Sequence record: DRR723986_4811
Reading direction: 5' to 3' (one strand)
DNA: 64,000 bases
In this document: in pieces, positions 40,237 to 49,281 of the stretch
Layout: each line of letters begins with the position of its first letter
Position numbering within the stretch: position 1 is the stretch's first letter
The notes under the pieces: model-generated
Seen by the model: only the letters and a program-made list of their open reading frames with translations
What the model was told of the DNA's origin: nothing
Database searches by the model: none
Made by a program: the position numbers and the translations under genes

Positions 40237-41667
40237 TTAATCGCTGGCGGTGCCTTGATTGCCTTTGAAATCCGATATTGCTGCCCGAATTCTGTCCAGC
40301 ATCGCCTTGGAGGGTTTGTGTTTGGTAATTTGACTGGCCAGTTCATACCCTTTGGTGTCCATGTTTACCGCAAAACACAATTCCAGCAAGCTGGTCAAAG
40401 TCTCAGGTTCCAGCGTGGGAAGGACGTCCGAGTTATTCTCGAAAAATGTGACCAGTTTGTCGCTGGCTTTCACACCGCGCCCATCAGCAATGTCTTTTTG
40501 AATGGCCATCATGGCACGTGCCAGGTCGAGCTCGGTTGAGTTCACAGTGCTGCGCATTTTGGCAGTCAGCTTTTCCGCCTCTTCATGGCGGCCCTCTTTC
40601 ACATAAATTTTGGACAGCTGAAGGTAATCATGGATCTGTGAAAGTGAAGTGTTTCTTGAGCGATCGATGACTTTCGTCAGGTAGTTTTTGGAGCGGGTGT
40701 TGTCACCAATCCGAACGGCCAGGTCCGCCAGTTTTCGCAAGCGGGTGGTTGATGCCAAGGCTTTTGCACCCATTTTTTCAAGGATATCCAAAGCATCTGC
40801 AGGGCGGTTTTGTTCCCAAAGTACATCGGCAAACAGGTCACTCGCCGCCAGGTATTCCGGGTTGGTTTTCACCACTTCACTGAGCAGTTCATTGGCCTCT
40901 TCAAACTGTTTTTTTTCAAGATTAACTTTGGCCAGCAACAGCTGCATCCAGGGTTTGGGCGCTTTTTCAAGTTTGGCAAGCAATTCCTGTTCGGTTTTTT
41001 CGTACTGGGCAGACCTGTAAAACGACTCGACGCGCATGCGTTCAAGTTCATTCAGATACTGGGGAAATTTGGACTCCAGGTCTTCGCAAATGTCAGGCAC
41101 TTCTTGAAAGCGCTCTTCAAACATCGAACGGTAAGCTTCTGCCAGGCGAATTTTTCTGTTGAATATTCGAACCACGCGATCTGACAGAGTGGATGCAGTA
41201 AACGGTTTAATCAGGTAGTCATCAGGCTCAAACTCAGCAACTGCAACAACGTTGCCGTAACTTCTCTCGCCAGTCACCATCATGAATGCGGTAGACCACG
41301 CCAGCTTCTTGTTCACCCGCAGGTCTTCCAACAATTGTTGACCGTTGCGGTCCCCCTCCAGTTGGTATTCGCACACAATCAAGGCGAATTCCCGTGAACC
41401 CAAATGCTGTTCAACCTCGGATACTGAGCTGGCGAAAATAACTGACTTCGCCCCCAATTGGGAAAGTTGGTCCTGAAGGGCACGGCGAGTGGCCAGCGCA
41501 GAATCGACAACCAAGGCGGTTTTGCCCTTCAGTGGCGTCATGTCCTTCACGGCTTGCTTCATCCGGTCGGGTTTGCTTGAGTGTTCATTGGCCGCCGTGT
41601 CGGGGTTGTCTGCCGGTAGGTCAATCTGCATCATGAATTTCAAGAGGGCAACATGGAGATTCTTCAT
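40237..41667 (-). CDS. Response regulator with receiver and TPR repeats (start uncertain)
   Basis: ALVVD...CEY...MVTGE...PDDYLIKPF followed by helical TPR-like repeats. Confidence 0.8.
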   Translation of the reverse strand: MKNLHVALLKFMMQIDLPADNPDTAANEHSSKPDRMKQAVKDMTPLKGKTALVVDSALATRRALQDQLSQLGAKSVIFASSVSEVEQHLGSREFALIVCEYQLEGDRNGQQLLEDLRVNKKLAWSTAFMMVTGERSYGNVVAVAEFEPDDYLIKPFTASTLSDRVVRIFNRKIRLAEAYRSMFEERFQEVPDICEDLESKFPQYLNELERMRVESFYRSAQYEKTEQELLAKLEKAPKPWMQLLLAKVNLEKKQFEEANELLSEVVKTNPEYLAASDLFADVLWEQNRPADALDILEKMGAKALASTTRLRKLADLAVRIGDNTRSKNYLTKVIDRSRNTSLSQIHDYLQLSKIYVKEGRHEEAEKLTAKMRSTVNSTELDLARAMMAIQKDIADGRGVKASDKLVTFFENNSDVLPTLEPETLTSLLELCFAVNMDTKGYELASQITKHKPSKAMLDRIRAAISDFKGNQGTASD

Positions 41668-41893
41668 TCTCCGCGCTTTTTAACAATTTATTGCTTTCAA
41701 TTACGGGGTGTTTTGGCATCATTCTTCGGGTTTGGTGGGGCAAATAGAATGACGCTTCTATTAACAACTGTTTACTTTCCCTTGGATGGGTGAATTTTTC
41801 ATGGTTTAATATCGTGCGCAAACCTTGTTACTCAAAGGTCAAATCCAAATATTGACCAGACAAGGTATAAAAGAAAAATCAACGGAGACATCA

Positions 41894-42922
41894 ATGATCA
41901 AAGCTGGCGTATGGCGTGTACTGGCCATTTCGGGAGTGGTGGTATTTGCGGCAGGATGCGCAAGCATAGAGAGAGGCGCTACAAACCTTGCAATCAACCT
42001 GATTGAGCGCCGAATTATTCCCCCCCAGCTTGAAATCGACGACGTCGACATGGCCTGTCGTTTCGCTACAGGCAACTTTCCTCTGATCTCCGGTGGTACC
42101 CGTGCATTTGGCGGAGACCCTCAACTGCTCGAGTCCCTATTGCTGGTGTCTTCCGCAGCCTGTTCCGAACAGCGCGCGGTTGAGGAAGAACTACGTTATC
42201 TGCGTGCTTCCAAGCAAAACAACATTGAAGAAGCCCAGGACGCCCGTATTGGTCAAAAGCGTTTGCTTGAGATTACGGCTCGCCGACAGTTGCGTGCTTT
42301 TGAAGCCATGCGCAACAAGCTTGAGGACAAGTACAACTTTGAATATGGCGAGGGCTGCCCTGAGTTCGAGCGTGATTTTGACGAACTGACTTATCTGTTG
42401 GGTACAGTCGCCGGCTTGCAAGCCGTTGTGAATGACATCGCGTCTCAGCAAATGGTAGGCGTGCCGACCGACATTGCGCCAAAATCCGAACGTGCGCTCA
42501 CCTGTATTTCAAATGCCAAGTGGTGGGGCGCTCCTAACGCTGCCCGTGCGGTGGTTTGGAGCATTTTGCCAGGTGCCTCTGAGGGCAAAGACGTGTGGGG
42601 CACATTCCGCCTGTCCATGTTGATCGGTGAACGTCAAGGCGTTCGCTTGTCCCATGTGATGTACGGCTTGTCCGCATTGGCCGTGGGCGATACAACCCGT
42701 TTCCGCGACGCCACCAAGCGGTTTGCAAACGTAAAGGATTTCAAGCCAAGCGAACAATATGCCTTGGTTGAAGGAATTGCCGGTGCGGTCATGCTGAATC
42801 TTTCTGATCGCTACTGGTCGGAAAACGTAGGCACACGAACCCCAGTGGGCAGCATGGGTAAATATTGGGATGAAGAAGCCGCGATGCCAGCAGGCATGAA
42901 CGTGGACGACTTGTTGAACTAA
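41894..42922 (+). CDS. Lipoprotein associated with the TRAP transporter (TatT-like candidate)
   Basis: GGAG RBS, lipobox FAAGC, all-helical sequence, first gene of the transporter operon. Confidence 0.55.
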   Translation: MIKAGVWRVLAISGVVVFAAGCASIERGATNLAINLIERRIIPPQLEIDDVDMACRFATGNFPLISGGTRAFGGDPQLLESLLLVSSAACSEQRAVEEELRYLRASKQNNIEEAQDARIGQKRLLEITARRQLRAFEAMRNKLEDKYNFEYGEGCPEFERDFDELTYLLGTVAGLQAVVNDIASQQMVGVPTDIAPKSERALTCISNAKWWGAPNAARAVVWSILPGASEGKDVWGTFRLSMLIGERQGVRLSHVMYGLSALAVGDTTRFRDATKRFANVKDFKPSEQYALVEGIAGAVMLNLSDRYWSENVGTRTPVGSMGKYWDEEAAMPAGMNVDDLLN

Positions 42923-43001
42923 GTTTTTGCTCACAGCAAGCCTTGACCAGTCTCTAGCAATTGGTGCAGGGCGCAGAAACACAATTTTGGGAGACCAGAC
43001 A

Positions 43002-44042
43002 ATGACATTGAAAATGAAAGCAATCACCGCCGGCTTTGGCTTGGCTTTGATGGCATCTGCATCACCGGCCTTGGCCAAACAGAAAGTTTGTGTGTTCGAC
43101 ATTCTCGGCGCTGGCGGAGATGTATTCAACCTGAGCAAAGATTACGTTCTTGCAGCCAAGGGTTTTGGTGCTGACCTGCACCTGGAAGCGTTCACAGATG
43201 AAAAAATTGCCTCTGAAAACTTCAAGACTGGTCAGTGCGACATGCTGGTGGCTACCTCGTTCCGTACACGTGCCTACAACTCAGTCGCTGGTTCAATCGA
43301 TGCGCTTGGCGCGGCCTCTGTAGTGAAGGATGGCAAAGTGGACATGCCTCTGAGCTATGAAGTGGTCAAACGCACCATTCAGCTGTTCGCCAGTGACAAG
43401 GCCGATGCCTTGATGACACAGGGTAACTACCAAGTGGCTGGCATTATTCCATTTGGTGCTGCTTACCTGTATGTGAAAAGCCGGGACATCAACTCGGTGG
43501 AAAAACTGGCTGGCAAGAAAATCGCGTCATTTGACTACGACTCGGCCCAAAAGGAAATGATTTCGAAAGTAGGCGCTTCACCCGTGTCTGCTGACATTTC
43601 CAATTTTGGTGCCAAGTTCAACAACGGGTCCGTTGACATCATCGCTGCACCTGCCGCGGCTTACAAACCGCTGGAGTTGTACAAAGGTTTGGGTAGTGCT
43701 GGTGCGATTGTTCGTTTCCCGGTTGCCGTGTTGACCTATCAGGTGATCGTCAATAAGTCCAAGTTCCCGGAAGGTTTTGCCCAGAAGTCTCGCGAATATT
43801 GGTTCAAGAAGTTCTCGGCTGGCATGCAAATCATCACCAACGCAGAGAAGGGTATTCCGAATAGCGCTTGGATGGATATTCCAGCAGCTGACTCTGTGAA
43901 ATACACGATCCTGCTGCGTGAGTCACGTGTTTCTCTGGCCAAGGGTGGTTCTTATGATCCCAAGGCATTGAACATCATGAAGCAGATTCGCTGCAGCGTA
44001 AACCGTGCAGATTCTGAGTGCGCAACAAAAACTGAGCTGTAA
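43002..44042 (+). CDS. TRAP/DctP-like periplasmic solute-binding protein (AdeT/DUF6091-like)
   Basis: Signal peptide, CVFD..GA.GD, F..GQCD, LAGKKIA, KFNNG.VD...AP...Y.PLELYKG. Confidence 0.75.
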   Translation: MTLKMKAITAGFGLALMASASPALAKQKVCVFDILGAGGDVFNLSKDYVLAAKGFGADLHLEAFTDEKIASENFKTGQCDMLVATSFRTRAYNSVAGSIDALGAASVVKDGKVDMPLSYEVVKRTIQLFASDKADALMTQGNYQVAGIIPFGAAYLYVKSRDINSVEKLAGKKIASFDYDSAQKEMISKVGASPVSADISNFGAKFNNGSVDIIAAPAAAYKPLELYKGLGSAGAIVRFPVAVLTYQVIVNKSKFPEGFAQKSREYWFKKFSAGMQIITNAEKGIPNSAWMDIPAADSVKYTILLRESRVSLAKGGSYDPKALNIMKQIRCSVNRADSECATKTEL

Positions 44043-44047
44043 TCATG

Positions 44048-44072
44048 AAGGTGGGCCCTATTTGCCCACCTT
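44048..44072. other. Stem-loop after the binding-protein gene
   Basis: AAGGTGGGC-N7-GCCCACCTT. Confidence 0.5.
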
Positions 44073-44085
44073 TGCCTTAGGCTGT

Positions 44086-44112
44086 AAAGGGGCTTGCCGT
44101 TGCCCCTTTTTT
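44086..44112 (+). terminator. Intrinsic terminator or attenuator between the binding protein and the permease
   Basis: AAAGGGGC-N8-GCCCCTTTTTT. Confidence 0.65.
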
Positions 44113-44173
44113 ATTATCTTAAATAGCTAATTAGATCAGTCAATCAATCGATTGACGCTGATAAGGATCCGTT

Positions 44174-46876
44174 ATGCAGAGTTCCGCCGGCAAAAAATGG
44201 TTCGGTCGCACGCCATCTGAATGGCTGTCCAGCCTCCCGATTTTCTCACTGTTGTTGCTTACCCTGATTATTGGTACCGGCGAGATGGTGCACGGCCAGC
44301 TTTTGCGGCTGGGTGAGCGCATGTTCGGTGATCCCGAAAACCAGGTGCAGTATTTCCTGTTACGTGCCGATCCCTCTGCACCCACTTGTGAAGCCAACCC
44401 TGATATTGATGCACTGGTGGCCAAACAGGTCGCCGATGCGGAAAGCGCACCCAAATCGGATCTTGATTTGTTGTTCGGTGATGTAGCGATTGATCCCAAT
44501 GAAATTCGTGCTTCGCTGGAAGCTGCTCGAGATCAGTGTCGGGAGCGGTTCGCTGTTTACGAGCGGGTGAGCAAAGCGATTACCCCCGAAGTGGAAGTAT
44601 TCCGTGAGATTGAAACTGGCTTTTTTGGCATTTTCAAGTTTGGTACGGAAAACCGCCCATTAATTCTGTTGATCATGGTTGCAATTGCGGCCATCTCGAC
44701 CACCAAGCATTTTCACCACATTAGCCTGCGTCCACCGCGCACCAAGAAAGACTTTCAGGTCTATTCATTGGCGATGTTGGGTGCCAACTTGCTAATGACG
44801 ATTTCGGCCAGTTACTACCTGAAACTTCAATACGATTCGGGTGTGGCGGTTGAAAATCCGCTGATCAGCATTATTGCGATTGCCCTGTTCGCAGCACTGT
44901 CCTTCATCAGTTTGAAAGACGTGCTGAAGATCCCGGCGCAGGCCGAGGAGGGCGGAAGTTACGGCATGGGTCTGTTGAGTATCCCGTTGTATGCGTTCAT
45001 GGCCTTGAATGCCGGTATCAACTTCTTCATGGACGATTACGTCGCAGGTTTGGCAATTTATTTTGGTCAAATCACCGAATTGTCGAGCATTTTCCTGAAC
45101 CTGGCGTTGTACTTGTGGGCTGGTATGTTGCTCAAGCAAACCCGCGTAGTTTCCCTGTTCATGGACATTCTGCGTCCGTGGAAGTTACCGCCAGAAGTCT
45201 TCACCTACATTGTGTTGCTGGCTGCTGCGGTACCCACCGCCTACACGGGTGCTTCAGGTGTGTTCGTGATTGCCGCCGGTGCCATTGTGTACCGTGAGGT
45301 GTTGGCCGTAGGCGCCCGTCGCCACTTTGCCTTAGCAGCTACGGCCATGTCAGGTTCACTGGGTGTGGTACTTCGCCCTTGTTTGCTGATTGTGGTGATT
45401 GCAGCCCTGAACAAAGAAGTTACAACGAGCGAACTGTATGGCTGGGGTCTGTTTGTATTCATCCTGACCTCGACCATTTTCATGATCATCGCGCTGCTGA
45501 AGGCTGAAGGGCGTGTGACTGAACGTGCAAAAGCCAAAGAGGCCTTGCCACAGTCGCTGCGTGCTTTGGTACCCGTGTCGCCTTACATTCTGATCATGTT
45601 GTTGGTGGTGTATGGTTATGAGTACCTGCTGGACACCAAGCTTGACGAATTTACCGCCCCGGTGATGTTGCCTGTGATCATGTTGTTCGTGATTATTTTT
45701 GACAAGCTGCGTGGTGGTCCTACCAAAGTGGGTGGCGACACTCCGGCGGAGAAGAAAAAGAATCAGGGTCTGGAAATGGCGGTGCGTAGCGCCACCACTG
45801 AAACGATTGGTCACATCGGTGCGCTGATCATGTTGATGGCCTTGTCCATCAGCGTGGGTGGCATGATCGAACGCTCTGGCTTGATGAGCGTTGTGCCCGC
45901 CGAGATGGGCAGCATCTGGATGGCGCTGACTATCTTCATGTTCATGATGGTGTTTATCGGCATGGTGATGGACCCGTTCGGTGCGGTGATTCTTGTGTCG
46001 GCCACTGTGGCGCCAATTGCTTACAGCAATGGTATTCACCCGGTTCACTTCTGGATGATCGTGATCACTGCGTTCGAATTGGGTTACCTATCACCCCCAG
46101 TTGCGTTGAACCAGTTGCTCGCCAGGCAGGTCGTGGGTGAAGCAGAAATGGATAAGGCTGCGGAGGACACCAAACACAAACCGTTCTACTACCGATATGA
46201 ACGTTGGTTACTGCCGGTTTACACCTTGTTCATCGGTCTGTTGATCGTCACTTATGGTGGTCAAGCCTTGATCAACAACGCTGATAATCTGAAACCAGTC
46301 AGTCACTTCCTCGGTCTGGATCAACTTCGCCCGGCGGTGCTTGATCAATCTCCGACACCTGCCGTGGAGCCTCCACCCGCTGAGGTACCTGCGGCCGCAG
46401 ATCCTGCAGCAGCCATGGACCCAGCAGCAGATACCATGCTTGATCCGGCTGCGCCCGCCGCAGATGACTTGCTGGGGGGGGAAACAGCTGCTGCACCCGC
46501 AGCACCTGTTGCAGCACCGGCAGGCCCAAGCCCTGCCCAGCTTCAGGTTGAGGTAACCGAGGTGGTCAGCAATTGGGCCGCAGCCTGGAGTGCACGCGAT
46601 GTGGAGGGCTACCTCAGCTTCTACTCGGCCAACTTCGAGTTGCCTGGTGCGCAAAGCCGGGCACAATGGGAAAGCCAGCGCCGTGCCCGAATTGCAAGCA
46701 AGGCAAGTATTGAGGTCGATATCAGCAACCTGAATGTTCAGGTCAACGGTGAAGAAGCCACTGCCGAGTTTGACCAGGCCTACAAAGCCGACAAGTACTC
46801 GGACAATGTTCGCAAAACATTGCGTTTGAAGAAAGAAGACGGTCGCTGGAAAATTGTGACCGAGCAAGCCAGCTGA
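44174..46876 (+). CDS. TRAP transporter fused large permease with a Pro/Ala linker and a C-terminal NTF2-like domain
   Basis: DctM motifs TGASG, SGSLG...P, GMVMDP, GIHPVHF, GYLSPPVALN; C-terminal W..AW..RD...Y...Y..F...F.Q.Y....Y.D...K.L.......WKIV.E. Confidence 0.85.
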   Translation: MQSSAGKKWFGRTPSEWLSSLPIFSLLLLTLIIGTGEMVHGQLLRLGERMFGDPENQVQYFLLRADPSAPTCEANPDIDALVAKQVADAESAPKSDLDLLFGDVAIDPNEIRASLEAARDQCRERFAVYERVSKAITPEVEVFREIETGFFGIFKFGTENRPLILLIMVAIAAISTTKHFHHISLRPPRTKKDFQVYSLAMLGANLLMTISASYYLKLQYDSGVAVENPLISIIAIALFAALSFISLKDVLKIPAQAEEGGSYGMGLLSIPLYAFMALNAGINFFMDDYVAGLAIYFGQITELSSIFLNLALYLWAGMLLKQTRVVSLFMDILRPWKLPPEVFTYIVLLAAAVPTAYTGASGVFVIAAGAIVYREVLAVGARRHFALAATAMSGSLGVVLRPCLLIVVIAALNKEVTTSELYGWGLFVFILTSTIFMIIALLKAEGRVTERAKAKEALPQSLRALVPVSPYILIMLLVVYGYEYLLDTKLDEFTAPVMLPVIMLFVIIFDKLRGGPTKVGGDTPAEKKKNQGLEMAVRSATTETIGHIGALIMLMALSISVGGMIERSGLMSVVPAEMGSIWMALTIFMFMMVFIGMVMDPFGAVILVSATVAPIAYSNGIHPVHFWMIVITAFELGYLSPPVALNQLLARQVVGEAEMDKAAEDTKHKPFYYRYERWLLPVYTLFIGLLIVTYGGQALINNADNLKPVSHFLGLDQLRPAVLDQSPTPAVEPPPAEVPAAADPAAAMDPAADTMLDPAAPAADDLLGGETAAAPAAPVAAPAGPSPAQLQVEVTEVVSNWAAAWSARDVEGYLSFYSANFELPGAQSRAQWESQRRARIASKASIEVDISNLNVQVNGEEATAEFDQAYKADKYSDNVRKTLRLKKEDGRWKIVTEQAS

Positions 46877-46895
46877 ACAAGCCAGCACGCCAATG

Positions 46896-46926
46896 AAAAA
46901 GCCCCTGACAAGTCAGGGGCTTTTTT
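46896..46926. terminator. Bidirectional intrinsic terminator
   Basis: AAAAAGCCCCTGAC-AA-GTCAGGGGCTTTTTT. Confidence 0.9.
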
Positions 46927-46931
46927 ATGCC

Positions 46932-47006
46932 TGGTCTCGCGGACAGGAATCGAACCTGTATCTAAGCCTTAGGAGGGCCTCGTACTATCCATTGTACTAC
47001 CGCGAG
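46932..47006 (-). tRNA. tRNA-Arg (anticodon CCT)
   Basis: Reverse complement CTCGCGGTAGTACAATGGATAGTACGAGGCCCTCCTAAGGCTTAGATACAGGTTCGATTCCTGTCCGCGAGACCA folds as a cloverleaf with CCA. Confidence 0.95.
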
Positions 47007-47143
47007 ATGAGCGCATTTTACACCGCAACTGGAGTCAGCCTGTACTCAAGCCTGTGCTGATTTAGAGATTTTGCTTCGCCCAGCCTTCCAAATTTAGAAA
47101 AAATCCAACACGAGTTGGGAGTTAATCAATAAATACGCCATGA

Positions 47144-47156
47144 AATCAACCGTTTG
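47144..47156 (+). promoter_or_regulatory. IHF binding site
   Basis: AATCAACCGTTTG is an exact match to WATCAANNNNTTR, 15 bp upstream of the sigma-54 promoter. Confidence 0.7.
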
Positions 47157-47171
47157 AAATTTGCATGGTCC

Positions 47172-47187
47172 TGGCATGCACACTGCA
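47172..47187 (+). promoter_or_regulatory. Sigma-54 (-24/-12) promoter of the first ECF sigma gene
   Basis: TGGCATGCACACTGCA: GG(47173-4), 10 nt, GC(47185-6); 39 nt upstream of ATG 47227. Confidence 0.75.
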
Positions 47188-47226
47188 CAACGCTTGTTAC
47201 CACACACAAGCAAACAGAGGCAGGTC

Positions 47227-47832
47227 ATGGAACACACCGCAAACGTTCAGCAGTTCGAAATCACCGTTTCAGGTATTGACGAAAACACACCAACACCGCT
47301 GACAGCTGCACAACTTTGCACGCTTGAGGACTTGTTGAAGTCGCAGCAATCGCGTTTAACCCACTTTGTGCGCAAACACCTGCGCCGTGAGGATTATGTG
47401 GATGACCTTATTCAGCAAACCCACCTGGCTGCATTTCGCAACTGGGCGAGTTTTCGTGGAGAGTCCAAACCAGAAACCTGGTTGTTTGGCATTGCACTGA
47501 ATCTGGTGAAAAACTTTCGCTACCGCGATACCAGTTTTCGCTTTCAAGCCGATGATTTTGATGAGCAGGTCAGCCTGATTCCTGCCGATTCCATGTGCGA
47601 GCCTGAAGAATCCCTGATGCGCCAGGAGCGCATGGAAACCCTGAAGTCCGCAATTGATCAGCTTCCTTGCAAAATGCAAACAGTGGTTCAGCTAGTTTTG
47701 CTTGAGGGATTGACCTATCAGGATGCTGCACTTGAACTGGATTTGCCGATCGGTACAGTGCGCTCCCGCCTTTCACGTGCAAGGGATATGCTGCGGGTGG
47801 AGGTAATGGGCTACTCCGAATCACAGCATTGA
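47227..47832 (+). CDS. ECF RNA polymerase sigma factor, HrpL/BtrS-like
   Basis: GAGG RBS; DDLIQQT, FRGESKPETWLFGIALNLVKN, YQDAALELDLPIGTVRSRLSRAR. Confidence 0.88.
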   Translation: MEHTANVQQFEITVSGIDENTPTPLTAAQLCTLEDLLKSQQSRLTHFVRKHLRREDYVDDLIQQTHLAAFRNWASFRGESKPETWLFGIALNLVKNFRYRDTSFRFQADDFDEQVSLIPADSMCEPEESLMRQERMETLKSAIDQLPCKMQTVVQLVLLEGLTYQDAALELDLPIGTVRSRLSRARDMLRVEVMGYSESQH

Positions 47833-47911
47833 CTAATCCCAAGGGGTGATTCAATGCGGGCACGCAGCATTCACAATGGGTTTTATTCATTTGATTGTGC
47901 AAACTCAAAGA

Positions 47912-49243
47912 ATGACCGAGTTAACCCTTTGTATCGAATCCCCCGAACTCAAAAGCAGGTTGCGAGCCGCTGCCTTGCTGATGCAGGCCAGTGTTCATGA
48001 ACTGTCTCTGATTGACCTGTTGGGTAAACGGAGTTTGCCGGCGCATTGGTTGCTGGTTGATCAAGGCCTGGAGCAGTTGGGCGATTTAATTGAGCACTTC
48101 AAAGCCCAGGGCAGAAAGCCTGAAACACAGATCATTCGTTTTATCGAGAAACCCTGGCAAGAGTACGTTTACCACGACATTCCCATATTTGCATCAATCG
48201 TACATCCGACCAGTCCTTTGGCTGCGGTTCAGGTACTCGAGAAGCTGATACGAACCAAACCGTTTCGTTTTGGCAAAAAGCCATTGCCCAACAGCAATCT
48301 GGGGCCTTACGGCGACGAGTTTGTCCGTTCGCAAGCCATGCGCGATGCGGTATCCCAATTGCAGCGTCTGAAGCAGCTGCCGGTCGACACCGTTTTGCTT
48401 GGACCCACCGGTGCTGGTAAAGACACAGCCGCACGTTGGCTGCACGCGAATTCTGGTGCAAAAGGGGAGTTTGTACATGTGAACTGTGCTGCACTGCCCG
48501 AGCAGCTTTTTGAATCCGAGGTATTTGGGGTCACGGCAGGTGCCTTCACTGGTGCACAAAAAGACAGGCCAGGAAAGCTGGAGCTTGCGCACAATGGAAC
48601 CTTGTACCTGGATGAAATAGACAGCTTGCCATTGTCCTGTCAAGCCAAGTTACTGAATGCCCTTCAATATCGCGGCGCAATTCGCTTGGGCGGACATGTC
48701 TTCTACAACTCGGCTTTTCGCGTGATAGCTTCGACAAAAACCAGACTTGAAACCCTGGTCGAACAGTACAAATTCCGTGAAGACCTTCACTTCAGGCTCA
48801 GTGTGTCGCAGGTTCGAATTCCTGCTTTGGCTGAGCGACTTGAGGACATTGTTCCGATGTATCGGCATTTCCTGATCGATGTCGCAGCCCAGTTCAAGCT
48901 GCAGGTGCCGCACCTTGAACTTGAGGACATTGACGAGTTGCTGAGCCGGCCATGGCCCGGCAATGTACGCGAGTTGCATGCAGTCGCGCAGCGGCATGTC
49001 ATCGGGTTGGACACACCATGTGTGGCAACGCACAGCAAGGTCAATTTGGGCCTGAAACAACGTTTGCTGGCTTTTGAGAAGGCAGTGTTGATTCAAACGC
49101 TGCATACACATCACGGGTGCGCACGCCTGGCCAGTGAAAGCCTGGGTATTCCCTTGCATTCACTGTATTACCGCATGAAACGTTTCGATCTGCTTGATAA
49201 AACCGGGAACCAATCTGAAGACAAAGCCACTCAATTGTCATGA
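47912..49243 (+). CDS. Sigma-54-dependent enhancer-binding protein (HrpR/S-like position)
   Basis: Walker A GPTGAGKD, VNCAAL, GAFTGA, Walker B LYLDEID, FREDL.FRL, WPGNVREL, C-terminal Fis-type HTH. Confidence 0.92.
   Translation: MTELTLCIESPELKSRLRAAALLMQASVHELSLIDLLGKRSLPAHWLLVDQGLEQLGDLIEHFKAQGRKPETQIIRFIEKPWQEYVYHDIPIFASIVHPTSPLAAVQVLEKLIRTKPFRFGKKPLPNSNLGPYGDEFVRSQAMRDAVSQLQRLKQLPVDTVLLGPTGAGKDTAARWLHANSGAKGEFVHVNCAALPEQLFESEVFGVTAGAFTGAQKDRPGKLELAHNGTLYLDEIDSLPLSCQAKLLNALQYRGAIRLGGHVFYNSAFRVIASTKTRLETLVEQYKFREDLHFRLSVSQVRIPALAERLEDIVPMYRHFLIDVAAQFKLQVPHLELEDIDELLSRPWPGNVRELHAVAQRHVIGLDTPCVATHSKVNLGLKQRLLAFEKAVLIQTLHTHHGCARLASESLGIPLHSLYYRMKRFDLLDKTGNQSEDKATQLS
49206..49233 (+). promoter_or_regulatory. 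hrp box (HrpL-type ECF promoter)
   Basis: GGAACC-N15-CCACTCA, an exact match to GGAACC-N15/16-CCACNNA, 48 nt upstream of ATG 49282. Confidence 0.75.
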
Positions 49244-49281
49244 AACGACGTCTATCGGCAATGCGCCTGTAACCATAAGCG

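Noticed and set aside
46360-46540. Repetitive GC-rich DNA as a CRISPR array or tandem repeat
   Set aside because: It is explained by the Pro/Ala-rich protein linker; there are no fixed-length repeats with spacers and no cas genes.
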